DNA from: SAR86 cluster bacterium SAR86B | GTDB taxonomy: Bacteria; Pseudomonadota; Gammaproteobacteria; Magnimaribacterales; D2472 | Assembly: GCA_905181955.1 (NCBI GenBank) | Contig: CAJJAC010000003.1 | Location: 38,114 to 102,113 of the forward strand | Reading direction: 5' to 3' | DNA length: 64,000 nucleotides | Part shown: positions 39,959 to 48,990 of the stretch, in pieces | How the letters are laid out: each line of letters begins with the position of its first letter | Numbering within the stretch: the stretch's first letter is position 1 | Made by a program: the position numbers and the translations under genes | The notes under the pieces: model-generated | What the model was told of the DNA's origin: nothing | Seen by the model: the letters and a program-made list of their open reading frames with translations, nothing else | Databases searched by the model: none

Positions 39959-41493
39959 TGATCCAATCTTTTGTTTAAAAAATATACCAAGACAAAGCTC
40001 AGCATTACTAATAAAAGGCTTGGATTAGCAGCTAGCTCCCATTGGCCCTCACTAGTAAAGTTATAAATTTTTGATGAAAGAGTTTCAAAACCTACAGGTC
40101 TAAGAATTAAGGTAGCTGGCTGTTCTTTTACTACTTCAATAAATACCACTAAGAATGCTACCAATAGCGCAGGCTTTAATGACGGCAAGTAAAGAGAAAT
40201 AAAAGCCTTCAATGGGTTAGAGGGAAGGGTCGCAAGAGCTTGTTTGCTAGATTCAGGAATATTATCCAGCGCAGAGACTAGATACTGAAAAGCTGGAGTC
40301 ATAAATCTTATAGAAAGACATATAATTAAACCAAAAATACCCAAGGAAGTAATAGATACTCCAAATATTTCATTTACTACTATGAGAAGACCTACAGCAA
40401 TAACAGATCCCGGCAATGCATAGCCTATTGTTGAAATAGTAATAATACTTTTCATTTTATTAGAGCCATTATAAGCAAGAGATAAAACCAATGCGGTAAT
40501 TATAATAAGTAAGGCTGTTATAAATCCAAGAAATCCAGAGTTTATAAAAAGTGTAATATTTGAGCTAGATAAGAAAACTTCTTTTAAATCACTCCATATT
40601 ATTAATTGAATAAGCGGAAGACCGAAGGCAACTAGAAATAATAAAGAGCATGCTGATGTACTGATAATACCTAGTGTTTTATTTAAAGAGATCTTATCAA
40701 AAGAGTCATTAGAAATAGATCCAACTTTTTTGGAGTCTGTTAATTTTCTGCTTAATAAAAGCAGAAGGACTACAAATGTAAATAAAATACCTGCTAATCG
40801 AGCTCCGCTGAAATAATCTTGATATCCAAACCATGCGTTATAGATTGCTACAGTAAAAGTTTCAATTCTAAGTGTTGAAACTCCTCCAAAATCTGCAAGG
40901 GTTTCCAGCATAGCTAGAATCATTCCAGCAATAATAGCGGGCTTCAGGGCTGGTAATAGAACTGTTTTTATAACAGTTAGATCTGATTTTCCTAGAGTTT
41001 TTGCTGCTTTAAATAACGGGACACCTAAATGCTTAATTTGAGCTTTCATTAAAAGAAAAATATAAGGATACAGAGCCAATGACATTATTAATGATGCCCC
41101 AAGAATATTCCTTACCGAGGGCATAATGATCCCAATTTCTCTTAACCATGTTGCTAAAGGACCAGAGTATTCAAGACCGCCAACAAAAATAAATGCATAA
41201 ATATATGCAGGAAACGCAAGAGGTAAACTTAAGGACCAGCTAAAAAAATTATGGCCTGGAAATTTATAAAGGCTTGTTAAGATTGCAAAAGGTGCAGCAA
41301 TAATAAAAGTAAAGAATCCAACCAAAATAGTTAAAGAAACAGTATTAATCAATAATTTTGATATAAGAGCTGATGTGAGAAAGGATTCAGATACATCTTG
41401 AAGGAATGCTAAACCCAAGAAGGCTATAAAAAAAACTATAGAGAAGCCAACCCATGGAATTGAAAGATATCTCCAAATTTTTAAATGCTCCAT
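39955..41493 (-). CDS. Two-domain ABC permease, Fe(3+)-type (FbpB/HitB-like)
   Basis: 512 aa, about 12 TM segments, with two EAA-type loops (AAKTLGKSDLTVIKTVLLPALKP, and EVVKEQPATLILRP matching the FbpB-type ELPATLLLRP motif). No ATPase or binding-protein gene is adjacent. Confidence 0.75.
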   Translation of the reverse strand: MEHLKIWRYLSIPWVGFSIVFFIAFLGLAFLQDVSESFLTSALISKLLINTVSLTILVGFFTFIIAAPFAILTSLYKFPGHNFFSWSLSLPLAFPAYIYAFIFVGGLEYSGPLATWLREIGIIMPSVRNILGASLIMSLALYPYIFLLMKAQIKHLGVPLFKAAKTLGKSDLTVIKTVLLPALKPAIIAGMILAMLETLADFGGVSTLRIETFTVAIYNAWFGYQDYFSGARLAGILFTFVVLLLLLSRKLTDSKKVGSISNDSFDKISLNKTLGIISTSACSLLFLVAFGLPLIQLIIWSDLKEVFLSSSNITLFINSGFLGFITALLIIITALVLSLAYNGSNKMKSIITISTIGYALPGSVIAVGLLIVVNEIFGVSITSLGIFGLIICLSIRFMTPAFQYLVSALDNIPESSKQALATLPSNPLKAFISLYLPSLKPALLVAFLVVFIEVVKEQPATLILRPVGFETLSSKIYNFTSEGQWELAANPSLLLVMLSFVLVYFLNKRLDQ

Positions 41494-41494
41494 T

Positions 41495-42601
41495 TTATTC
41501 TTCTAAAATATTCTTATTAGGCTGCTTAAGATTTTTTTTATTCTTTGCACCTAACTTTTCAAGATCCTTCATTTGATTAAATAGATTGCCTTGACCTTCA
41601 TATAATTTATTCTGCGCACCAAGAAAAGATTTCTCAACACCCTTCAAATGCCTGCCAATATCTTCTAAATCCTCAGTTAGTCCTGAGAATTTATCTATTA
41701 AATGACCTGCTCGCTCTGCAATCAAATCAGCATGCTTATTATGTTTATCTAGTCTCCATAAGTTTTCAGCTATTCTTAAAATAGCAATTAAATTTGTTGG
41801 AGTTACAAAAGCCATTCGATTGTCATTAGCATATTTCTGTAAATCCCAATCATTTGTAAGTGCCAAGGAAAGTGCTGATTCTATAGGTACAAACATAAGG
41901 ACATAATCTGGTGAATTTATTTCTGGGAGAGCATGATAATCTTGCTCCTTTAGCGCCTTCATATTTTTCTTTAATGAGGTTATATGATCTTTTAAATATA
42001 TCTCTTTTGTCTTGGGATCATCCTCTTTAATAAATTTCTCATAGGCAGTTAGTGAGACTTTTGAGTCGATAACAATATTTCTTTCACCAGGCAGATATAT
42101 TACTGCATCTGGTATTTTTAGAGATCCATCTGACGCTCTATAGCCTTTCTGCAATTCATAGTTTAATCCTTTTTCTAATCCAGACTCTTCAAGTGTTCTT
42201 TCAAGTATTTGTTCACCCCATAAACCCTGAGCCTTTGAGTCTCCCCTGAGTGCCTTGGTAAGATTTTCAGTATTATCATTCATACTGTCTGTTGCTTTTA
42301 GAAGTTGATCTACTTGAAGCTTAAAGCTTTCTTTTGCAGCTGATTGCTCTTTTTGCTGCGTTTGGATTTGTTCTTTTAGATCCTTTATTTGTTCCTTAAA
42401 AGGCTCTAATGTCTGATTAAGATCTTTTAAATTCTTCTGAGATAAAGAATCAGTTTTTTCTTCAAGAATTTTATTAGCAATATTAATAAAGCTCAGCTCT
42501 ATTAATTTCGCATTATTTTTTCTCATATTTACCAAGACAAATAAAATTATTGCCAAGCTAACTATAATTAAAAGTCCTAAAATTATATTTTCTTCAACCA
42601 T
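41495..42601 (-). CDS. rmuC: DNA recombination protein RmuC
   Basis: 368 aa. N-terminal TM segment, a long coiled coil, and a C-terminal RmuC nuclease-like core (PDAVIYLPGERNIVIDSKVSL...MFVPIESA). Confidence 0.85.
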   Translation of the reverse strand: MVEENIILGLLIIVSLAIILFVLVNMRKNNAKLIELSFINIANKILEEKTDSLSQKNLKDLNQTLEPFKEQIKDLKEQIQTQQKEQSAAKESFKLQVDQLLKATDSMNDNTENLTKALRGDSKAQGLWGEQILERTLEESGLEKGLNYELQKGYRASDGSLKIPDAVIYLPGERNIVIDSKVSLTAYEKFIKEDDPKTKEIYLKDHITSLKKNMKALKEQDYHALPEINSPDYVLMFVPIESALSLALTNDWDLQKYANDNRMAFVTPTNLIAILRIAENLWRLDKHNKHADLIAERAGHLIDKFSGLTEDLEDIGRHLKGVEKSFLGAQNKLYEGQGNLFNQMKDLEKLGAKNKKNLKQPNKNILEE

Positions 42602-42636
42602 TAGTTACATTATTCCATTAAAATATATCTCATACT

Positions 42637-43851
42637 ATGCCTGAATCAATAGCTCAACAATTTAAATCTCTATTAGACGAAAAGTTATCTATAGATTTAA
42701 CACGAGGCAAGCCCAGCCCATCTCAATTAGATTTATCAAATGAGCTCTTAAGTATAGCTGTAGAGCCATTAACAGAAGATGGAACAGATATAAGGAATTA
42801 CGGAGAACCACTTGGTATTTATCAAGCACGAGAATTGGGGTCAGAATTACTAGATAGCCCAATTGAAAATACAATTGCCGCTGAGCAATCCAGCTTATTA
42901 TTAAGTTACCAATTATTGCTTGCTAATCATCTTTTTGGTTTAAATGGAAAACCATGGAAAGATATAAAAAATCCTAAATTTATTTGCCCAACCCCTGGTT
43001 TTGACAGACATTTTAGGATGCTAGATGAGCTTGGTATTGAAATGTTACCAGTACCTTTAACGAGTGATGGATTAGATACTAATATCTTACAAACAACCTT
43101 AGCTGAGCATTCAGACATTGTTGGCCTTATTAGCGTTCCAAGACACTCAAATCCATCTGGCGACATCTATTCAGATGATAATATTCTTAAAATATTTGAG
43201 TTATGTTCTGAATATTCTAAAGATTTAGTTTTTTTATTTGACCATGCTTACCTAATTCATGATTTATCTAATGCCCCAAGTCAGACACCAATTTGGTTGT
43301 TAGCAGAGCAAGCTAAAGTTCTTAATCAGACAGCAATTCTTACATCCTTTTCTAAAGTTACTTTTGGAGGTGGCGGCTTGGCTTTTTTTGCAGGAGGCGA
43401 GGGCACATTTTCCTTACTTAAAAAAATTAGAGACTCAATGATTATTTGTCCTGACAAAGTTAATCAATCTCGACATGTAACATTCTTTAAAAACAAAGCA
43501 AATATAATTATACATATGCAAAAGCATGCAGCTATTATTGAACCAAAATTTGAATTAACTACCTCTATTCTAAAAACAATTCCTCATGAATGTGGAACTT
43601 TCTCAAGTCCAACTGGCGGTTATTTCATAACTTATAAAACAGTAAAACCCATAGCTGCAAAGATTATAGATATATGTAAAAGCGCTGGAGTCCTAATAAC
43701 GCCTGCAGGCGCAACATTTCCTCATGGAATAGATCCTAATGATAGTGTTATTAGGCTTGCTCCAACTTTTGTTGAAGCAGATAAGCTACAAAAAGCAATT
43801 GAAGTATTTTCTGCAGCAGTGCAGATAGCTCACTTTGATATTGAAATTTAA
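42637..43851 (+). CDS. PLP-dependent aminotransferase, class I/II fold
   Basis: 404 aa. Contains DLTRGKPSPSQLDL near the N-terminus, and SFSKVTFGGGGLAF, the SxSK PLP-lysine context. Substrate is unknown. Confidence 0.7.
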   Translation: MPESIAQQFKSLLDEKLSIDLTRGKPSPSQLDLSNELLSIAVEPLTEDGTDIRNYGEPLGIYQARELGSELLDSPIENTIAAEQSSLLLSYQLLLANHLFGLNGKPWKDIKNPKFICPTPGFDRHFRMLDELGIEMLPVPLTSDGLDTNILQTTLAEHSDIVGLISVPRHSNPSGDIYSDDNILKIFELCSEYSKDLVFLFDHAYLIHDLSNAPSQTPIWLLAEQAKVLNQTAILTSFSKVTFGGGGLAFFAGGEGTFSLLKKIRDSMIICPDKVNQSRHVTFFKNKANIIIHMQKHAAIIEPKFELTTSILKTIPHECGTFSSPTGGYFITYKTVKPIAAKIIDICKSAGVLITPAGATFPHGIDPNDSVIRLAPTFVEADKLQKAIEVFSAAVQIAHFDIEI

Positions 43852-44180
43852 TTCCTTGCTCTAGAAGCAGGCACATGACTTCCACTTTCAAAATGAGAGA
43901 AAATACTTGAAACATTAGGATGGTTAGCTGGCTTATTAAGATTTTCTAATACAAGATTCTGTTCAGATACATAAGCTATATAAAAGATATCTTTATTTTC
44001 AGCAAAAACATGATAAAAAGGCTGCTCTTTTGCAGGTCGCATAGTCTCCGGTATGGCTTCATACCATTCATCAGTATTGTTAAATTCTGGGTCAAGGTCA
44101 AAAATAACACCTCGAAAATCAAGAAATTTATGCTTGATAACATCCCCAATTGAGAATTTTGCTTCTATTAATTCTTTCAT
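43848..44180 (-). CDS. hspQ: Heat shock protein HspQ (YccV hemimethylated-DNA-binding domain)
   Basis: 110 aa. Contains KFSIGDVIKHKFLDFRGVIFDLDPEF and QPFYHVF. Its stop shares the palindromic TTAA with the aminotransferase stop. Confidence 0.85.
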   Translation of the reverse strand: MKELIEAKFSIGDVIKHKFLDFRGVIFDLDPEFNNTDEWYEAIPETMRPAKEQPFYHVFAENKDIFYIAYVSEQNLVLENLNKPANHPNVSSIFSHFESGSHVPASRARN

Positions 44181-44220
44181 AATTTATATAATATATTGAT
44201 ATAACTAAAAGAGAAATATT

Positions 44221-44544
44221 ATGGATCAAGATATTATGATTGTCTCCTCAAATCACATCGATGGCAGGCCTATTAAAGAATACTTAGGAATAGTTGCAGG
44301 CAGCATTGTTAAATCTAGAAATGCTGGAAGTGATATATTTGCTTCACTTAAAAGTTTAGTGGGAGGAGAGTTAGTAGGATATTCAAGACTCCTGCAAAGA
44401 GCTAGAGATGATGCTTATGGCAGAATGATAGAAGACGCAAAATCAAAAGGTGCAAATGCTATCATTGCCTTCAGATTTCAAACTTCAACTATAACCAAGG
44501 GCGCTTCTGAAGTTGTAGCCTATGGCACAGCAGTAAAGATTTAA
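44221..44544 (+). CDS. ybjQ: YbjQ family protein (UPF0145)
   Basis: 107 aa. Typical YbjQ strings are GIVAGSIVKSRNAGSDIFASLKSLVGGEL and GANAIIAFRF. Confidence 0.85.
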   Translation: MDQDIMIVSSNHIDGRPIKEYLGIVAGSIVKSRNAGSDIFASLKSLVGGELVGYSRLLQRARDDAYGRMIEDAKSKGANAIIAFRFQTSTITKGASEVVAYGTAVKI

Positions 44545-44564
44545 TAAAAATTAAGGACAAATAA

Positions 44565-44789
44565 ATGAACAAAACTGAAAAGACTGCTTTTAGAGAAGCA
44601 ATAATAATTGTAATGATGGGTTGTATTATTAACTTCCCACTTCAAACATTCTTATTATGGTTAACTATTGATCAGTGGTCCTGGACTAACACGGTGACTA
44701 TCTCACTCTTTACCCAAGCAATCCTTACTTTTGTTGCCCTCTTAAGGGTATATTCAATTCGTATGAGATTCCAAAGAGGTAAATTTTAA
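44565..44789 (+). CDS. Hypothetical small membrane protein (2 TM)
   Basis: 74 aa with two hydrophobic segments and a basic C-terminus. AAGGA lies 8 nt upstream of the ATG. No family recognised. Confidence 0.4.
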   Translation: MNKTEKTAFREAIIIVMMGCIINFPLQTFLLWLTIDQWSWTNTVTISLFTQAILTFVALLRVYSIRMRFQRGKF

Positions 44790-44797
44790 AAAATTTC

Positions 44798-45985
44798 TTA
44801 TAAAGATCTCAAAGCATCAGTAATATTTTGTCTAGCTGCATTAAGTGCAGGTAAAAAACCTCCAATAAAACCAACTATTAATGCGAGAATAAGACCCTGC
44901 ATTATAATTTCACCAGTTACTGCAAAATCAAATGATGTTTGACTAAATGTGCCCCCTGCAAGTGTTGAGACTGTGTATCCATTGAATACTACATAAGCTA
45001 AACCAGCGCCTAAGAGGCCTCCAGAAAGAGCTAGAACCATAGATTCCATCATTAAGGCTGCAAGTATAGAGCTTCCTCTAAATCCAACAGCCCGCAGTGT
45101 CCCAATTTCAACCAACCGAGTAGATACTGCGCTATACATAGAATTCAATGCAGCAAAGATCGAACCAATAGCCATAATAATAGCCACTAAATATCCAAAG
45201 CTATTAATAATTCCAGACACTCCTGATGCTTGATTCTTATAAAAATCTAGTTCATTTTCAACTTTTACTTCGAGCCTTGGGTCATTTTCTATAAAGATAG
45301 CAAATTCATCAAAACTTGATACTGACTCTAATCTTGCTATTGCGTTCGATGTAGATGCTCCGCGCTGAAAAGCAGACTGTGCTACCTTCACATCAGCCCA
45401 AACTTCAGATTCATGAACATCTCCATCAGTACTAAAAACTCCCACTACAGTCCATGCAGCATTTCTAAAAGTTACCTTATTACCTAGCTCAACTCCTTCA
45501 TATTGATCATAAGCTCCTCTTCCAACAATAATTTCTGCTCTACCAGGCTCAAAGTTTCTTCCTTTAATAATCTTGGTTTCAGGTCTAACAGCAAAACTCA
45601 TAGCATCCACGCCTCTTAATGGAAGGTTTGAAGTGTCATCTGCACCTTTCTTTTTAAGGTCTACAACCGTATAGACTTCAAATGCAATCATTGGTTCATT
45701 ATTCAATTGTCTTAAACCGGGAGCATTAGCCATAACATTTGCTTCTTCTATTGAAATTACACTACTTAACTCAGAAGAGGACCCTGATCTTAAGATCATA
45801 GCTCTATCTGCTTCTCCAGTTCCCTCAACAGTTGATTGCAATCCACTGGCCATAGCTAATAAAGATACCATTACCGCAACCGAACCAGCTATTCCAATAA
45901 TAACAACTAAGGAAGAACCAAAACGTTGTGTTATTGATAACAAATTCATATTTGTTACTGCCAATACTTGTCTAAACCACTTCAT
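44798..45985 (-). CDS. ABC transporter permease, FtsX/MacB-type (DevC-like), third permease of operon
   Basis: 395 aa. TM1, a large periplasmic domain, then a C-terminal 3-TM FtsX domain (RLVEIGTLRAVGFRGSSIL...ITDALRSL). Confidence 0.8.
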   Translation of the reverse strand: MKWFRQVLAVTNMNLLSITQRFGSSLVVIIGIAGSVAVMVSLLAMASGLQSTVEGTGEADRAMILRSGSSSELSSVISIEEANVMANAPGLRQLNNEPMIAFEVYTVVDLKKKGADDTSNLPLRGVDAMSFAVRPETKIIKGRNFEPGRAEIIVGRGAYDQYEGVELGNKVTFRNAAWTVVGVFSTDGDVHESEVWADVKVAQSAFQRGASTSNAIARLESVSSFDEFAIFIENDPRLEVKVENELDFYKNQASGVSGIINSFGYLVAIIMAIGSIFAALNSMYSAVSTRLVEIGTLRAVGFRGSSILAALMMESMVLALSGGLLGAGLAYVVFNGYTVSTLAGGTFSQTSFDFAVTGEIIMQGLILALIVGFIGGFLPALNAARQNITDALRSL

Positions 45986-45987
45986 AA

Positions 45988-47148
45988 TTAATCCTTTTTA
46001 AGAGCATCTACGACTTTCAATCTCATTGCGCCCAAAGCAGGCGGAAAACCACTAATAAATGCAGTAATAATAGCTATACCAAGTCCTGAGAGAATAACTG
46101 ATACATCTAATGAAATCTCTCCTAGAGATACAGAAACCATTTCCGATAGAGCTGGCATCATTAGTGCTGTAATGCCTAGCCCTAATAATGCTCCAATAAT
46201 ACAAAGAACAAGTGATTCAATTAATACCAAGTTCATAACCGTCATATCAGAAAAGCCTATAGTTTTAAAGACAGCAAGTTCAGAGGTTCTTTCTCTAATA
46301 GACTGACTCATAGTGTTGCCTGTCACTAGTAATATTGTAAAAAACACAGCTGCAAGTATCGCATTCATTATAAAACCTATATCACCAATCTGGCTTGCAA
46401 ACATCTGTTGATACGCCTTTTCTGTTGATGTCTTTGTTTCATCCATTGAGTTTGCAAACATTGCATCTATTTCTTTTGCAACTCTTGGGCCATCATTTTT
46501 GTCTGATAACTTAACTATAAAATTACCAACTACACCTCTTCTCATCTCCTCTCTAGCCTCATCAAAATATTTATAATTTAAAAATACCTGATCTTCATTG
46601 CCTGGATTTTCAGAATCTATAAAAGTACCAACTAAATCAAATTCCCATAAATTAGTTCCGTCATTTAAGAAATATATATCTCCAATAATTGGAATTCTAT
46701 CTCCTATCTTCCATCCAAATCTGTCTATTATTTTTTGTCCTGCGATCATGCCCGTTCTCGTTGAAATAAAGGCTTCTTTATGCTGATCACTGATTTTAAA
46801 TTCTTCATAGATATCTAAGAATTCTTTGGGAGGTACTGGCCATTTTGGAAAAAAATTAGCTCTATCTATGTAAGTTCCACCAAACCAATCTTGGTGAGCA
46901 ACAATTTCAACACCCTCAATACCTTTAATTCTTTGTAAATAAGAAATAGGCATAGAATCAATAATAGAATATTTAGAAGCTACTACTAATCTGTCATCAC
47001 CAGATAAATCTACATCCTCTGTAAAAATTACTGCAACTGATCTTAAAAGACCAAATAATAAGAAAGCTATTACAAGTGAAGAGATGGTTAAGCCTGTTCG
47101 CCATTTCTTTCTTTTTAAAGCAGCCAGAATAATTATCCAATATTTCAT
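45988..47148 (-). CDS. ABC transporter permease, FtsX/MacB-type, second permease
   Basis: 386 aa. Clear paralog of the 47151-48302 product: shared N-terminus pattern, TGNTMSQSIRERTSELAVFKTIGF, and C-terminal LKVVDALKKD. Confidence 0.8.
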   Translation of the reverse strand: MKYWIIILAALKRKKWRTGLTISSLVIAFLLFGLLRSVAVIFTEDVDLSGDDRLVVASKYSIIDSMPISYLQRIKGIEGVEIVAHQDWFGGTYIDRANFFPKWPVPPKEFLDIYEEFKISDQHKEAFISTRTGMIAGQKIIDRFGWKIGDRIPIIGDIYFLNDGTNLWEFDLVGTFIDSENPGNEDQVFLNYKYFDEAREEMRRGVVGNFIVKLSDKNDGPRVAKEIDAMFANSMDETKTSTEKAYQQMFASQIGDIGFIMNAILAAVFFTILLVTGNTMSQSIRERTSELAVFKTIGFSDMTVMNLVLIESLVLCIIGALLGLGITALMMPALSEMVSVSLGEISLDVSVILSGLGIAIITAFISGFPPALGAMRLKVVDALKKD

Positions 47149-47150
47149 AT

Positions 47151-48302
47151 TTATCCTTTCGCCAAAGCATCTACTACTTTTAATTTATAAGCTTGATAAG
47201 CAGGAAGAATTCCAGCAAGAGAGGCCATGAGAACTCCAATTAAAATACCTTTCATTACTTGATAGGTGTCAAAGACAATGATCCCCCCAGTAAGACCACC
47301 GCTTGCTTGGTCTATAAATGGAATTGTTATGAGTGTTAATATCAGGCCAAATAATGCTCCTAACAGAATAATAAAATTACTCTCTAGAAGTATCGAAATA
47401 AATATTTGCATATCCCTATAGCCTAGACTTTTAAGAATGGCTAAATCGCTTGTTCTCTCTCTTACTGATTGACTCATAGTGTTTGCAGTTACTAAAAGTA
47501 ATGTAAAAAATACTGCAGAAATAATAGCTGTAATTATTAATTTAATATTTCCAATATCCGATAACATTTTTTGAGATAAAGTAATTTCGTTTCCAGTAAA
47601 GGTTGCATATGCTGAGTTCTTATAATTATCATCAATAATATTGCTTATTTCATCAGCTTTTGAAGGATCATCTAGATTAAACAGTATCATTGATACAGTA
47701 CCTTTATTAGCAATTCTTGCCTCTTCTACATACTCATTTCGGACCATAAGACCAAGCTCATCTGCAGCAGGGCTTGTTGTATAAATTCCTTCTATTACAA
47801 ATTCCCATACATTTGATCCATCATTCTTTTTTGAAAAAGTTGGTATTGAAATAAGATCACCAACCTTCCAGCCTTTTAAGTCTGCGGCAGTTTTACCTGC
47901 AAGGGCACCTCTTTTATTTGAAAAGAAAGCCTTCTTTGCCTCAGGTGAAGCTTCAAACCTATCCATAACCTTGAAGTAATCTTTACTTATAGCAAATATA
48001 GGAATATTTTCAGTAATGGAATTTATATCCATTGAAAGCATATCTAACCATGCAATATTTGTAACACCCTCTAAAGATTCTAAGTAATTGATATGTGATT
48101 GTGGCAATCTGCCAAACATCATGTCGTGTTTAGGCATAATAATCATTCGCTCTGCATTAATTTCACCAGCAGCTCCTGAAAATAATGGATCAGCTGAATG
48201 AAGCAAACCATAAAGAAAAAAGGCTATAACAACAGATAAGATTGTTAGAAGACTTCTCATCTTCTTTCTAACAACGCCTGCTTTAACTAGAACCCAGTAC
48301 AC
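47151..48302 (-). CDS. ABC transporter permease, FtsX/MacB-type, first permease
   Basis: 383 aa. Contains TANTMSQSVRERTSDLAILKSLGY and C-terminal LKVVDALAKG. Has the TM1, periplasmic domain, 3-TM layout. Confidence 0.8.
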   Translation of the reverse strand: MYWVLVKAGVVRKKMRSLLTILSVVIAFFLYGLLHSADPLFSGAAGEINAERMIIMPKHDMMFGRLPQSHINYLESLEGVTNIAWLDMLSMDINSITENIPIFAISKDYFKVMDRFEASPEAKKAFFSNKRGALAGKTAADLKGWKVGDLISIPTFSKKNDGSNVWEFVIEGIYTTSPAADELGLMVRNEYVEEARIANKGTVSMILFNLDDPSKADEISNIIDDNYKNSAYATFTGNEITLSQKMLSDIGNIKLIITAIISAVFFTLLLVTANTMSQSVRERTSDLAILKSLGYRDMQIFISILLESNFIILLGALFGLILTLITIPFIDQASGGLTGGIIVFDTYQVMKGILIGVLMASLAGILPAYQAYKLKVVDALAKG

Positions 48303-48304
48303 GA

Positions 48305-48982
48305 TTAAGTTGTTAACTTACCTTTATCTAAGTGAAGTGATCGCTTGGCAGAGTCTGCAGCAGCAGGGTCATGAGTAACCATTAATATAGTTTTTCCATG
48401 ATCCTCATTTAAGCTCTTTAAAAGATTAAGAATATCTGTTGCAGTATTCCTATCTAAATCGCCCGTAGGCTCATCACACACCAAAATATCAGGATCTGAG
48501 ACTAATGCCCTGGCAATGGCTACTCTTTGCTGCTGACCACCTGAAAGCTCGCTTGGCTTATGCCCAGATCTATCAGACAAACCAACGATACTTAAAGCAG
48601 TTTCAACATGTTTTTTTCTTTCAGAGCTAGATAAATTAGTTAAAAGGAGGGGGAGCTCTATATTCTTCTGAGCTGTCAAGACTGGAAGCAGATTGTAGAA
48701 TTGGAATATAAAGCCAACATTACCTGCTCTCCAATTGCTCAATTGTTTTGAATTCATTTGGTCGATTCTTTCACCATTAATAGATACCGAGCCACTTGAT
48801 GGCGTATCTAAACCTCCTATAAGGTTAAGAAGAGTCGATTTTCCAGATCCTGACGGCCCCATTAAAGCTAAAAAGTCTTGCTTAGGAATCTCTAAATTAA
48901 GATCATCCAAAACAATTAAAGTCTCCCCACCACGTTTATATTCTTTGGAAAGGTTTTTAACATCTACTAATATTTCTGACAT
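48305..48982 (-). CDS. ABC transporter ATP-binding protein (MacB/LolD-type)
   Basis: 225 aa. Walker A is GPSGSGKSTLLN, the signature is LSGGQQQRVAIARAL, and Walker B is ILVCDEPTGDLD. Confidence 0.9.
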   Translation of the reverse strand: MSEILVDVKNLSKEYKRGGETLIVLDDLNLEIPKQDFLALMGPSGSGKSTLLNLIGGLDTPSSGSVSINGERIDQMNSKQLSNWRAGNVGFIFQFYNLLPVLTAQKNIELPLLLTNLSSSERKKHVETALSIVGLSDRSGHKPSELSGGQQQRVAIARALVSDPDILVCDEPTGDLDRNTATDILNLLKSLNEDHGKTILMVTHDPAAADSAKRSLHLDKGKLTT

Positions 48983-48990
48983 ATTACTTC

